From positions 7,141 through 71,140 of the forward strand of contig DXXQ01000120.1 of assembly GCA_019416265.1 (NCBI GenBank): a stretch of 64,000 bases of DNA, in the 5' to 3' direction. The stretch comes from Clostridiales bacterium. GTDB taxonomy: Bacteria > Bacillota > Clostridia > Lachnospirales > Lachnospiraceae. Made by a program: the position numbers and the translations under genes. Positions 53,521 through 62,850 of the stretch are shown here, piece after piece (the stretch's first letter is position 1; each line of letters opens with the position of its first letter). The notes below the pieces were generated by a model. The model worked only from the letters and a program-made list of their open reading frames with translations. It ran no database searches and was not told the origin of the DNA.

Positions 53521-55656
53521 TTATTTTATTCTTACTTTTTTACTGTTCACAGCGTAAGGCAATGAGGTATTAATCGCATAAATCGTATCTGTGTGGCCGT
53601 TGCCCTTCAACGTATTGCCGCTGTAGGTCTTGATGGAGGAGTCCGTTCCGATCACTGCGTACCCCTTATTGCTTTTCAGAGTATTTTTTGTGAGCGAAAC
53701 CTCCGCTGAGCTCCTGATACTGATTCCATTATTCTTGTTGGATACGATTTCATTCTGAGAAACAGAAGCCTTATCTGCTCCTGACAGGCACATGCCCGCC
53801 CCTTTATTTTTGGAAGCATTGTTTTTCTTCACTGTAAGGCCTGTATTTTTTCCCTCGGATTTAATGCCGTCCACTTCATTTTCGCTGACTTTATTCCCTG
53901 CGACCTCAGCGCTTTTCACTGACGACAGGTAGATTCCGTCTTTTTTACATCCGCTTACTGTGTTGCTCAGGATACGCGTTTTTGAATTTGAGTAGGAAAC
54001 GATTCCCTCTCCCCCAAGGTTCTTCACTGTGTTCTTCTCTATTTTTGTATTATCGCTTCCTGTTCCCGCAACAATACCGTCGTCTGTACAGTCTGTAATC
54101 GTATTCTTCGTCAAAACATTGTCTCTGGACGGCTCCGCGTATTCTGCCGAGCCTCTGTAAATGTAGACAGCATTTCCTCTGGCGCCTTTGATCTTATTTC
54201 CGGTTATGGTATTGGAACTGCTGGCTCCCAGGATCATACCGCAGTTTTCAAATTCCTCTGCAGGAACAATTTCTATGATGTTATCTGTAATTTTGCACTT
54301 TTCAGAAAAAGTAAGGCGAATCCCGTTTCCCGGACCCGAAATCCGGTTCTCTTTAATCGTAATACCGCGGGCGGGATAATTTCCGTCCGGAATCCCATTG
54401 GGCGCCGCCGCTGATTTCTCTCCTACAATACCGATACCAAAGCTTTTCCACAGGCCTTCCCCAATGACTCTGGGGGTATTCAGCACAATTTCATTATTGG
54501 TAACCAGAATACCGGATTCATACTGATTTCCGGCATTTGTAACTTCTTCCCCGTCCGGAAGATGAGTGTTTCCCTGATACAGTGACCGGATATAAACTCC
54601 CGTTCCCACATTTATCATCTGGTTGTTCTCAACAACCGAATCCACATAGTTGAGACACCATACCGCCCTCTTGGCAATGTCGCGGAAGGTATTCCCTCTG
54701 ATCACTATATTTTTGTAAGGTCTGTTAAACACCATGCTGTGGCTTCCCACTCCGGCAAAAACATCCTCAAAAGTATTTCCTTCTATATAGATATCTTCAC
54801 ATACCGATCCATCGTAGGGCAGATAGCCGGGCAAAATATAGTCCCTGCATGCATCAAGCTGAATCGCTTCCTGTCCGCCTCCGGTGAATTCCTTCCAGTA
54901 TCCGCGGAAGGTGCATCCCGTCACCTTGGCGTTTTTTACGCCTCCCAGTTCCAGGAAATGGGACTTCAGGTTATTGAGAAAAGTAACGTCCCTGACCTCT
55001 ACATTGGAAGCGTGTCCGATACGAAAGCAGACAAATCCTCCGTCCGCTTCCTTATCCGGCACGGTTTCATAGTTGGCATCCCAGGTTCCGCCTTCTATTA
55101 TAATATTCCGATAGCCCTCATATCCTCCGGCAGATTCCTCTGTATTGCCAAGGCGGAGCATCAGATGTTTTCCCGGAGACATTTTTTTGATCACTGCCCC
55201 CTGGGCGTAAAGGTGTATATTGCTGTAAGTGCAGATAGTCCCTGTGATCACATAATTTCCCGGCGGAATGATCACCTTGCACATCTGGGAATCTGTCGCC
55301 TTGTCCTTCATTTCCAGAAGAGCCGCATTTAGCTTCCCGGTAATGTCTTCTCCCTCTGTTACTTCCAGTGTTTTTTCAAAGGAGGTCTCCTCCGTATCTG
55401 AAAAAGCGTCCTCTCCGTCAGAAAAGGCAGACTCTCCATCAAAAAAAATCTCCCCGGCAGACTCTGTCTCTGTGGTAAAAACATCTTCTATTGTTTCTTC
55501 CTCTACATAAATCTCTTCTTCTGTCTCCTCTTCCTCTGCAAAAATCATCTCCTCAGAGGACAGCTCTGCAGCCGAATCCCCGTAGACAGACAGGGGAGCA
55601 CCAAAAGCCCCGATCAAAGCAAAGCTCAACACACCTGCAATTGCTTTTTTAAACAT
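53521..55656 (-). CDS. Secreted right-handed parallel beta-helix (pectin-lyase-fold) protein
   Basis: Start moved to ATG 55656 (RBS AAGGGAG); signal peptide, acidic linker, VIIPPGNY, many GI....N.I..N repeats. Confidence 0.85.
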   Translation of the reverse strand: MFKKAIAGVLSFALIGAFGAPLSVYGDSAAELSSEEMIFAEEEETEEEIYVEEETIEDVFTTETESAGEIFFDGESAFSDGEDAFSDTEETSFEKTLEVTEGEDITGKLNAALLEMKDKATDSQMCKVIIPPGNYVITGTICTYSNIHLYAQGAVIKKMSPGKHLMLRLGNTEESAGGYEGYRNIIIEGGTWDANYETVPDKEADGGFVCFRIGHASNVEVRDVTFLNNLKSHFLELGGVKNAKVTGCTFRGYWKEFTGGGQEAIQLDACRDYILPGYLPYDGSVCEDIYIEGNTFEDVFAGVGSHSMVFNRPYKNIVIRGNTFRDIAKRAVWCLNYVDSVVENNQMINVGTGVYIRSLYQGNTHLPDGEEVTNAGNQYESGILVTNNEIVLNTPRVIGEGLWKSFGIGIVGEKSAAAPNGIPDGNYPARGITIKENRISGPGNGIRLTFSEKCKITDNIIEIVPAEEFENCGMILGASSSNTITGNKIKGARGNAVYIYRGSAEYAEPSRDNVLTKNTITDCTDDGIVAGTGSDNTKIEKNTVKNLGGEGIVSYSNSKTRILSNTVSGCKKDGIYLSSVKSAEVAGNKVSENEVDGIKSEGKNTGLTVKKNNASKNKGAGMCLSGADKASVSQNEIVSNKNNGISIRSSAEVSLTKNTLKSNKGYAVIGTDSSIKTYSGNTLKGNGHTDTIYAINTSLPYAVNSKKVRIK

Positions 55657-55701
55657 ATTCTTCTCCCTTTTCGGCAATACACGAACAAAGTTTTTAGCGT
55701 C

Positions 55702-55736
55702 AAAAAAAGGCAGGAATGCCACAGAGACATTCCTGC
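55702..55736 (-). terminator. rplJL terminator
   Basis: GCAGGAATG...CATTCCTGC stem followed by a T7 tract. Confidence 0.85.
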
Positions 55737-55762
55737 ACTTCATCTTCTGTGTGAGAAGATAA

Positions 55763-56134
55763 TTATTTAAGAGTGATTTTAGCGCCTTCAGCTTCAAGTT
55801 TAGTCTTGATGTCTTCAGCTTCTGCTTTGGAAGCGCCTTCTTTAACGAGCTTCGGAGCACCGTCAACAACTTCTTTAGCTTCTTTCAGACCTAAGCCAGT
55901 GATCTCACGAACAACTTTGATAACTTTAACTTTGTTTGGTCCAACTTCTGTAAGCTCTACGTCGAACTCATCTTTCTCTTCTGCTGCTTCTGCAGGGCCA
56001 GCTGCTGCTACTACAACACCTGCTGCTGCGGATACACCAAATTCTTCTTCACAAGCTTTTACTAATTCGTTTAACTCTAATACGGATAATTCTTTGATAG
56101 CTTCAATAAATTCAGCTGTTGTTAATTTTGCCAT
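55763..56134 (-). CDS. rplL: 50S ribosomal protein L7/L12
   Basis: ATG 56134; [21 protein letters not shown]. Confidence 0.99.
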   Translation of the reverse strand: MAKLTTAEFIEAIKELSVLELNELVKACEEEFGVSAAAGVVVAAAGPAEAAEEKDEFDVELTEVGPNKVKVIKVVREITGLGLKEAKEVVDGAPKLVKEGASKAEAEDIKTKLEAEGAKITLK

Positions 56135-56245
56135 TTTAGTTTCCTCCATAATCTTATTTTATTCGTTGATTCCCTCTCAGGGTTTGGAAACGCTGCGGTT
56201 CGCTATGCAAACTGCACCGTATCGCAAATCTGCAAGTCCGCAGAT

Positions 56246-56749
56246 TTACTCTGCTGCTGCCTCTCCACCGTTTGCCTCAGCGATCTGATTAAGCACACGA
56301 GCGAAGTTTGTAATCGGAGACTGGATGCTTCCAAGCAATTTGCCCAGGAGTACTTCTCTGGATGGGATGCCTGCCAGTGCTTTGATACCAGCCTGATCAT
56401 TGTAGTTACCTTCAACTACACCTGCAACTAATTCTAAAGCCGGGTTCTTCTTAGCGAATGTATCAAGGATTCTTGCCGGAGCAGTTGCGTCTGTTGCAGA
56501 GATTGCAAGAGCGTTTGTTCCATGTAAGTGAGCAATAAGTCCTTCGCACTGAGTACCTTCGAATGCACGATGCATCATTGTGTTCTTGTATACTTTATAC
56601 TGAACACCAGCTTCTCTTAATTCCTTACGTAAAGCTGTATCCTGTTCAACTGTAAGTCCGCTGTAGTTTACGAGAACTACTGACTGAGCGTCTTTTACGT
56701 TGTTAAGAATTTCTTCTACGATTGGTTGTTTCAGTTCTACTTTTGCCAT
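56246..56749 (-). CDS. rplJ: 50S ribosomal protein L10
   Basis: ATG 56749; YSGLTV, LRKELR, KVYKNT, PSREVLL. Confidence 0.99.
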   Translation of the reverse strand: MAKVELKQPIVEEILNNVKDAQSVVLVNYSGLTVEQDTALRKELREAGVQYKVYKNTMMHRAFEGTQCEGLIAHLHGTNALAISATDATAPARILDTFAKKNPALELVAGVVEGNYNDQAGIKALAGIPSREVLLGKLLGSIQSPITNFARVLNQIAEANGGEAAAE

Positions 56750-56794
56750 GAAATGGTACACCTCCTTATAGATTTTGATATACCGCCGTCGCAA

Positions 56795-56915
56795 TAATAA
56801 AAAAGCCTTACTGCATGACAGTAAGGCTTGAGTAATCCTAATATAAGAATACTTAATCCTCGGTAGGCGTTTTAACCTTATGCCTTACGGCACCTACTGT
56901 CTTCGGCAGCGTTCT
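56795..56915 (-). ncRNA. Ribosomal protein L10 leader (attenuator)
   Basis: CCGAAGACAGTAGG...CCTACCGAGG core and terminator AAGCCTTACTG-CAGTAAGGCTTTTTT upstream of rplJ. Confidence 0.88.
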
Positions 56916-56920
56916 GTGAT

Positions 56921-56949
56921 AAAATACCACACTTCACCGGGATTGTCAA
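56921..56949 (-). promoter_or_regulatory. rplJL promoter
   Basis: TTGACA-17 bp-TATTTT with an extended -10 TG. Confidence 0.7.
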
Positions 56950-56988
56950 TAGCTTTCTTATAAAATTCTCATTTAAAAAATTTATTAT

Positions 56989-57618
56989 TTATTTAGTTCC
57001 GAAAATACGGTCGCCTGCATCTCCAAGGCCCGGGCAGATATAAGCGTCGTCATTTAAGCATCTGTCCAGATGTCCGACATAGATCTGGATGTCGGGATGC
57101 GCTTCATGTAATTTCTCAACCCCTTCCGGAGCAGCGATCACACACATAAACTTAATATTCTTTCCGCCCTGTTTCTTGATGAAGTCCACTGCTGCCACTG
57201 CAGATCCGCCTGTTGCAAGCATCGGGTCAACCACTACTGCGATACGCTCGTCGATGGACTCCGGAAGCTTGCAGTAATATTCGTGAGGCTCATGTGTTTC
57301 AGGATCGCGGTAAAGGCCCACATGTCCCACTTTGGCAGAAGGTACCAGGGTCAAAATGCCGCTTACCATTCCAAGGCCTGCGCGCAGTACCGGGATCACT
57401 GCCAGTTTCTTTCCGGAAAGCATAGGTGTCATGCATGTTTCCAGAGGTGTCTCCACCTCCACATCCTCTACAGGGAGGTCGCGAAGCGCTTCATACCCCA
57501 TAAGAACTCCGATCTCTTCCACCAGTTTACGAAACTCATTTGTTCCTGTGCGGTAATCTCTCAGCATGGAAATCTTATGCTGGATCAGCGGGTGTTGCAT
57601 TACATAAACGTTTTCCAT
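56989..57618 (-). CDS. upp: Uracil phosphoribosyltransferase
   Basis: [39 protein letters not shown]. Confidence 0.98.
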   Translation of the reverse strand: MENVYVMQHPLIQHKISMLRDYRTGTNEFRKLVEEIGVLMGYEALRDLPVEDVEVETPLETCMTPMLSGKKLAVIPVLRAGLGMVSGILTLVPSAKVGHVGLYRDPETHEPHEYYCKLPESIDERIAVVVDPMLATGGSAVAAVDFIKKQGGKNIKFMCVIAAPEGVEKLHEAHPDIQIYVGHLDRCLNDDAYICPGLGDAGDRIFGTK

Positions 57619-57684
57619 AATTTTTTCCTCTCTTGTGCTCTTGTTTTATCGTTGCTTCATAATAACATACAATGTTATGTGCGT

Positions 57685-57867
57685 CTACATCTGTTTTCGG
57701 ACAATGCGGTATTCGTCGCCCATTTTAAAATACGGACACTGTCTGAAATCTCCGGTAATGAATTTTGCCATTTCATCCTCGTCCAGATTCACTTCGCAGG
57801 TATAACATTCATAGTCCTCATCATAGCTGTAGTTGACACAGTATTCACAGTTTGCCGATGCGCTCAT
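57685..57867 (-). CDS. Small Cys-rich acidic protein (DUF6472-like)
   Basis: ATG 57867 (RBS AAGGAG); 60 aa, CEYC...C...LDEDEM...CPYF...YRIVRKQM. Confidence 0.75.
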   Translation of the reverse strand: MSASANCEYCVNYSYDEDYECYTCEVNLDEDEMAKFITGDFRQCPYFKMGDEYRIVRKQM

Positions 57868-57877
57868 TTCTTCTCCT

Positions 57878-58507
57878 TCAGCCCCAGATTCCGCTTCTTG
57901 TTTCTTCCAGGTTATCCAGGATGTAATCGTAAATATCCTCAGAAACACTGTCCGGATAATGTGTTCCGTCCAAAGTGGAGTATCCGTTCTCTGTCAGATG
58001 GGAATAAACATCAATGTAGTTTACCCCAACCAGATTCTCCTCCATCTCGGAATTGAAGCTCTCGATTTCCGTATTATTGGTATATTTGTCATTTTCCACA
58101 GGCCCAACAGATACAAAATAGGTTTTCGCACCGATTCCGGCCCATTCAATGGCTTTATTATTGATGTAATTTACATAATTGTTTATATTATACAGGTCAT
58201 TTACCCCCATAAGAATGATCACCGAAGTATACTCGTCTATTTCATCCTCAATTTCCGGCACGCCTGTGGAAGACATCCAGTCATATCCCATGGAACTCTT
58301 ACAGGACCAGATACTGTCATCCTGAACTGCGTCCCGTATTCCTTCTGTTCTGGAGTCTCCGATAAAGATCAGCTTTCCCTCCTCCCCGGTTTCCGTATGC
58401 TCCGGTCTGCTCAGGGTTCCCTCCTCAGAGGCGGATACTGCAATACTCCATGCAGCGCATAGACAGACTGCCAGAAACAGGGCGCTTCGTCTTTTCCTCA
58501 TACTCAT
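57878..58507 (-). CDS. Secreted SGNH/GDSL-type hydrolase
   Basis: Signal peptide; FIGDSRT, MGVND, DGTHY blocks. Confidence 0.8.
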   Translation of the reverse strand: MSMRKRRSALFLAVCLCAAWSIAVSASEEGTLSRPEHTETGEEGKLIFIGDSRTEGIRDAVQDDSIWSCKSSMGYDWMSSTGVPEIEDEIDEYTSVIILMGVNDLYNINNYVNYINNKAIEWAGIGAKTYFVSVGPVENDKYTNNTEIESFNSEMEENLVGVNYIDVYSHLTENGYSTLDGTHYPDSVSEDIYDYILDNLEETRSGIWG

Positions 58508-58758
58508 CCCTCCGGAAGCATATCCGGCCAGGAAAGAATCTCTTCTGAGATCACCAGTTCATAATTTCCTTCTATGTCCTGACTCCTTCCTGCCTCAAAT
58601 ACATTTGTCTCTGCCCCCCAGGCTCTGTCCTCGTATTCCCACACATGGAAGCGTAATCCGCGGAACATGAAATCAATACTTCCACATCCGTTCTCTTCTG
58701 TATACTGGTATTTGATGTTCTTCTTTTTCAGAGCATCCTGTACACGGTTCAGTCTCAT
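58504..58758 (-). CDS. Small hypothetical protein
   Basis: ATG 58758 (RBS AGGAGGAGG), 84 aa, stop overlaps the next start. Confidence 0.7.
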   Translation of the reverse strand: MRLNRVQDALKKKNIKYQYTEENGCGSIDFMFRGLRFHVWEYEDRAWGAETNVFEAGRSQDIEGNYELVISEEILSWPDMLPEG

Positions 58759-59018
58759 AATTTGCGTCCTCCTCCTGAATAAATCACTCTGCATTGCTTC
58801 TGACACATGATTCTGCTGTATATCTCACTTCCCCCATGCATAAATATACGAAAACAAATGTCAAAACGTTCCTTTCTGAATAATTATCAGTATACCACTT
58901 TTTTCCTCATAATCCAATACAGTCTTGGGAATAACAGGATTTTTACGGAAACTTCCCCCATCCTTTACATTTTTATGTTATAATTAATAAAATAAAACTC
59001 CGAAAGAGAGGTTATGCC

Positions 59019-60269
59019 ATGAACCTGAAAATGACCAAAAGCGAGCGGAACTGGGTTCTCTATGATGTGGGTAATTCAGCCTTCACCATGCTCATCGCTA
59101 CTATTATGCCCATTTATTTTAATTATCTGGCAGAAAATGCAGGACTTTCTTCTGTGGAATATCTTGCCTACTGGGGCTATGCAGCTTCCGGTGCCACATT
59201 CATTGTTGCCATCTTAGGGCCTGTATTCGGAACCCTGGCAGATACGAAGGGTTACAAAAAACCCCTGTTCCTGCTTGCCCTTGCAGTCGGTTCCATTGGC
59301 TGTATCAGCCTGGGCTTCGCAAGGCAGTGGCTGATCTTCCTTATCGTCTATATCATTGCAAAAGTAGGATATTCCGGAAGCCTTATCATCTATGACTCCA
59401 TGCTCTCAGATGTCACCTCTCAGGACCGGATGGATCTGATCTCCTCCAGCGGCTATGCCTGGGGGTATATCGGAAGCTGTATCCCCTTTGTCGCAAGCCT
59501 TATGATCGTACTTGGCGCAGACAAGCTGGGACTCAGCATGGTAACTGCCATGGCCTTTGCCTTTGCCCTGACCGCTGCCTGGTGGCTTCTTATGACCGTT
59601 CCTCTCCTGAAATCCTACCGTCAGAAATATTTTGTGGAAAAAAGAGCCCGGGCAGTCCGGGAAAGCTTCAGCCGCATCGGCCGGACCTTCGCAAACATTC
59701 GAAACGAAAAGAGGATCTTTATCTTCCTTCTTGCCTTTTTCTTCTACATTGACGGCGTGTACACCATCATCGACATGGCTACTGCCTATGGCGCAGCCCT
59801 GGGCCTTGACACAACCGGGCTTCTTCTTGCTCTTTTGCTGACCCAGATTGTCGCTTTTCCCTGCTGTATTATTTTCGGTGTTCTGGCAAAGAAATATTCC
59901 GCAGCCTCACTGATCACCATCTGTATTGCAGCCTATCTGGGCATTGCGGTTTTCGCCATGTTCCTGACTACTCAGACACAGTTCTGGATTCTCGCAGTCC
60001 TTGTAGGGATGTTTCAGGGCGGAGTACAGGCGCTGTCCCGCTCCTACTTCACCAAAATCATTCCTGCAGAGCAGTCCGGCGAATACTTCGGACTCCTGGA
60101 TATCTGCGGCAAGGGCGCTTCCTTCGTGGGAACTGCCATTGTAAGTGTAACCTCCCAGCTCACCGGAGACATCAGCAAGGGTGTGGGAATGATTGCCGTA
60201 CTGTTTGTCATCGGTCTTTTCCTTTTCCGTTATGCAGTGAAGCTGAATGCGGGAGTGGTTGAGAAATAA
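59019..60269 (+). CDS. MFS transporter (YxiO/Atg22-like)
   Basis: About 12 TM helices; WVLYDVGNSAF, GYAWGYIGS, GGVQALSRSYF, EYFGL. Confidence 0.9.
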   Translation: MNLKMTKSERNWVLYDVGNSAFTMLIATIMPIYFNYLAENAGLSSVEYLAYWGYAASGATFIVAILGPVFGTLADTKGYKKPLFLLALAVGSIGCISLGFARQWLIFLIVYIIAKVGYSGSLIIYDSMLSDVTSQDRMDLISSSGYAWGYIGSCIPFVASLMIVLGADKLGLSMVTAMAFAFALTAAWWLLMTVPLLKSYRQKYFVEKRARAVRESFSRIGRTFANIRNEKRIFIFLLAFFFYIDGVYTIIDMATAYGAALGLDTTGLLLALLLTQIVAFPCCIIFGVLAKKYSAASLITICIAAYLGIAVFAMFLTTQTQFWILAVLVGMFQGGVQALSRSYFTKIIPAEQSGEYFGLLDICGKGASFVGTAIVSVTSQLTGDISKGVGMIAVLFVIGLFLFRYAVKLNAGVVEK

Positions 60270-60289
60270 TCGCAATTTAAAAAAATTCA

Positions 60290-60328
60290 AACCTCCCGAA
60301 TCATCATCTGCATATGATTCGGGAGGTT
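60290..60328. terminator. Bidirectional terminator
   Basis: AACCTCCCGAATCAT...ATGATTCGGGAGGTT between convergent genes. Confidence 0.8.
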
Positions 60329-60386
60329 CTTTCATTGCTTTTCCTTTTATTCAATACGAAATTTCCACAGCCCCACAGGGCGTATA

Positions 60387-62825
60387 TCAGATATCGTACA
60401 CACTTCTCACTTTCAGCCCCTCAGGCTTGCCGCGAAGGATCTTTACTCTTCTCTCTCCTGCGTTCATGTCGAAGTAGTTATCGCTTAATACCATATCTTC
60501 GTTCTCATTGAGCACTTCCACGCTCTTTGCGTAAGCTCCTGCTGTCACTACCAGCTCATCGCCCTCCACTCTTACAGAAAGCTTCGGATCCTGATATCTG
60601 AAATATTTCGGGTAGGAGAAAATCACTGTACTGTTGGCAATCTCCTCACCATTCTCATATGCCTGATAGCTGACATATTCACAGAATACGTCGATTTCAG
60701 GAAGCATTACCTTGTCCATCCACACGGCGCTGAGAGCCGGAACTTCAAACTCTGCCTCGTGCTCTTCTTTGATTTCGGCGGATGCGTTACGAATCTGCCA
60801 TTTAAGAAGAACCTTACGCGGTTTTAAGGTTTCATTGGAAACATTGAAGCGGATGGATTTCTCGAACTCAAAGTGCTGGCGGTTCATGTTCGCCTCCTGA
60901 GTCATCCAGCTTTCTTCCTCACAGGACACAAGAACCGGGGCAAAGAATCTCTTTGCATAGTAGTGAAGCGCTTTCCAGCGGCCGAAATAGTCGATGGAGG
61001 ACCATGAAATTACCGGCCAGCAGTCGTTAAGCTGCCAGTAAATAGCCCCCATACAACGACCACGGTTCCGTCTGTAATGCTCTACGCCATAGCGGATTCC
61101 ATCTCCCTGAAGAAGCTGGGAAGCGTAAACGAAATCGCTGAAATTTTCAGGATAACGGTAAGCCGCCTGCATATATTTGGCTATTTTTCCGTTTCCTCCA
61201 TAATTTCTCTGATGTTTTTCCATCACATAGGAGAAGGGATTTAATTCTCTCGGATCATCTGTAACTGTTTCCAATGTCTTCACAGACGGGAATGCCTGGA
61301 AACCAAATTCAGAAGCATAGCGGAAGAAATATTTCCTGTATTCTGAAAACGGCTTGTTTCCGTGCCATACCTCCCAGTAATGCACATCTCCGCGGTTCGG
61401 GTCATTGGGCGCATCAAAGGAGCCGCCTGAGGAAGGGCTTGCCGGCCAGTAGAAGGTCTGGCGGTCATACTCTCTCAAAACCTCCGGAATGATCCGCTCA
61501 TACATAAAGAGATAGTCGCGAACCTCTGTCGGTTTGGTTACCCAGCATCTTTCATCAACAAACATTTCCATCTCATTATTTCCGCACCAAAGGGCGAGAG
61601 ACGCATGATGACGGAGACGCTTGATATTGTCGATAAATTCCTGACGGATATTATACTCAAAGGATGGTGTCAGCTCATATACGGAGCAGGCAAACATGAA
61701 ATCCTGCCATACCATCAGACCAAGCTCATCGCAGATATCGTAGAACCAGTCCTCCGGATAGTAGCCGCCGCCCCATACGCGGACACAGTTAAAGTTGGCT
61801 TCCTTACACTGGAGAAGGAGTTCTCTTGTACGCTCTCTTGATGTTCTCTGGGTCATATTGTCTTCCGGAATGTAATCTGCGCCCATGGCAAAAACTGTAT
61901 GACCATTTACCTCATGGGCAAAGCTTTCTCCCCACTCGTCCTTTTCTCTGTGCATGGTAAGGGTGCGAAGACCGATTCTTCTGCTCCACACATCGAGAAC
62001 CTGATCCCCGTTCCTAAGAATTACTTCCACCTGATAAAGAGGCTGCTCTCCGATACCGTTCGGCCACCAGAGCTGCGGATTCTCGATTTCGATCTCAACA
62101 GGGCAGTCTTCATATACGGTCCGTGTCCCATCCGGCGCGATTACCGCCACATCGTAGGTAGTTTCCACATCGTCGTCTGTATAAATCTCATCCTCCACTT
62201 CAGGACAGAGCTTTACCTTTCCATTTTCATGAACCTGGTAAATATACACGTTGTCCAGTCTGCTCTTCTCGATTCCCAGGAGAGAAACCGGGCGGAAAAT
62301 CCCTCCGTTGGGAAGACAGGCACCCCAGTCCCAGCCGGACATATAATGTGCTTTTCGAAGATGCATAAAGCCTTCAATGGTGTCGTCATTTCCGATATTT
62401 TTATATTTTTCAAAAGCTTCAGCCATAAATTTCAGCGGGGAATGAATCACAACACGAAGAAGATTCTCTCCCGGCGTAAGAAGCTCGCTTACAGGGAATT
62501 CCCAGATTCTGTGCATATTCTTGACTTTTCCCAGATGACAGTTGTTCAGGTAAATGTCTGCCACTGTGTCGATGCCGTCGAAATGAAGCATGATCTCATC
62601 GCAGGAAGCAAACTCCTTCTCATCAAAATGGATCACTGTTCTGTATTCATAATCTTCTTCCATCAGAGCCTTTGCCTGATATTCGTTGTCGCCGAAAAAC
62701 GGATCTTCCATTTTTCCCGCATCAAGAAGCGCGGAATAAATATCTCCCGGAACCTGTGCCGGAATCCAGTCCTGCTTCCTGATGTCACATAATTCCCAAC
62801 CCTCGTGAAGCTGTTTCGTTATCAT
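60387..62825 (-). CDS. GH2 beta-mannosidase
   Basis: GWDWG, LWWPNG, RVWGGGYY, WQDFMFAC, WCGNNE, SEFGFQ, YWQLNDCWP. Confidence 0.93.
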   Translation of the reverse strand: MITKQLHEGWELCDIRKQDWIPAQVPGDIYSALLDAGKMEDPFFGDNEYQAKALMEEDYEYRTVIHFDEKEFASCDEIMLHFDGIDTVADIYLNNCHLGKVKNMHRIWEFPVSELLTPGENLLRVVIHSPLKFMAEAFEKYKNIGNDDTIEGFMHLRKAHYMSGWDWGACLPNGGIFRPVSLLGIEKSRLDNVYIYQVHENGKVKLCPEVEDEIYTDDDVETTYDVAVIAPDGTRTVYEDCPVEIEIENPQLWWPNGIGEQPLYQVEVILRNGDQVLDVWSRRIGLRTLTMHREKDEWGESFAHEVNGHTVFAMGADYIPEDNMTQRTSRERTRELLLQCKEANFNCVRVWGGGYYPEDWFYDICDELGLMVWQDFMFACSVYELTPSFEYNIRQEFIDNIKRLRHHASLALWCGNNEMEMFVDERCWVTKPTEVRDYLFMYERIIPEVLREYDRQTFYWPASPSSGGSFDAPNDPNRGDVHYWEVWHGNKPFSEYRKYFFRYASEFGFQAFPSVKTLETVTDDPRELNPFSYVMEKHQRNYGGNGKIAKYMQAAYRYPENFSDFVYASQLLQGDGIRYGVEHYRRNRGRCMGAIYWQLNDCWPVISWSSIDYFGRWKALHYYAKRFFAPVLVSCEEESWMTQEANMNRQHFEFEKSIRFNVSNETLKPRKVLLKWQIRNASAEIKEEHEAEFEVPALSAVWMDKVMLPEIDVFCEYVSYQAYENGEEIANSTVIFSYPKYFRYQDPKLSVRVEGDELVVTAGAYAKSVEVLNENEDMVLSDNYFDMNAGERRVKILRGKPEGLKVRSVYDI

Positions 62826-62850
62826 AGATCAATCTCCTCTGTTTCTGTCT

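Noticed and set aside
53521..55869. Track ORF suggesting an rplL-overlapping extension or frameshift fusion
   Set aside because: A strong terminator at 55702-55736 intervenes, and ATG 55656 has its own RBS and signal peptide.
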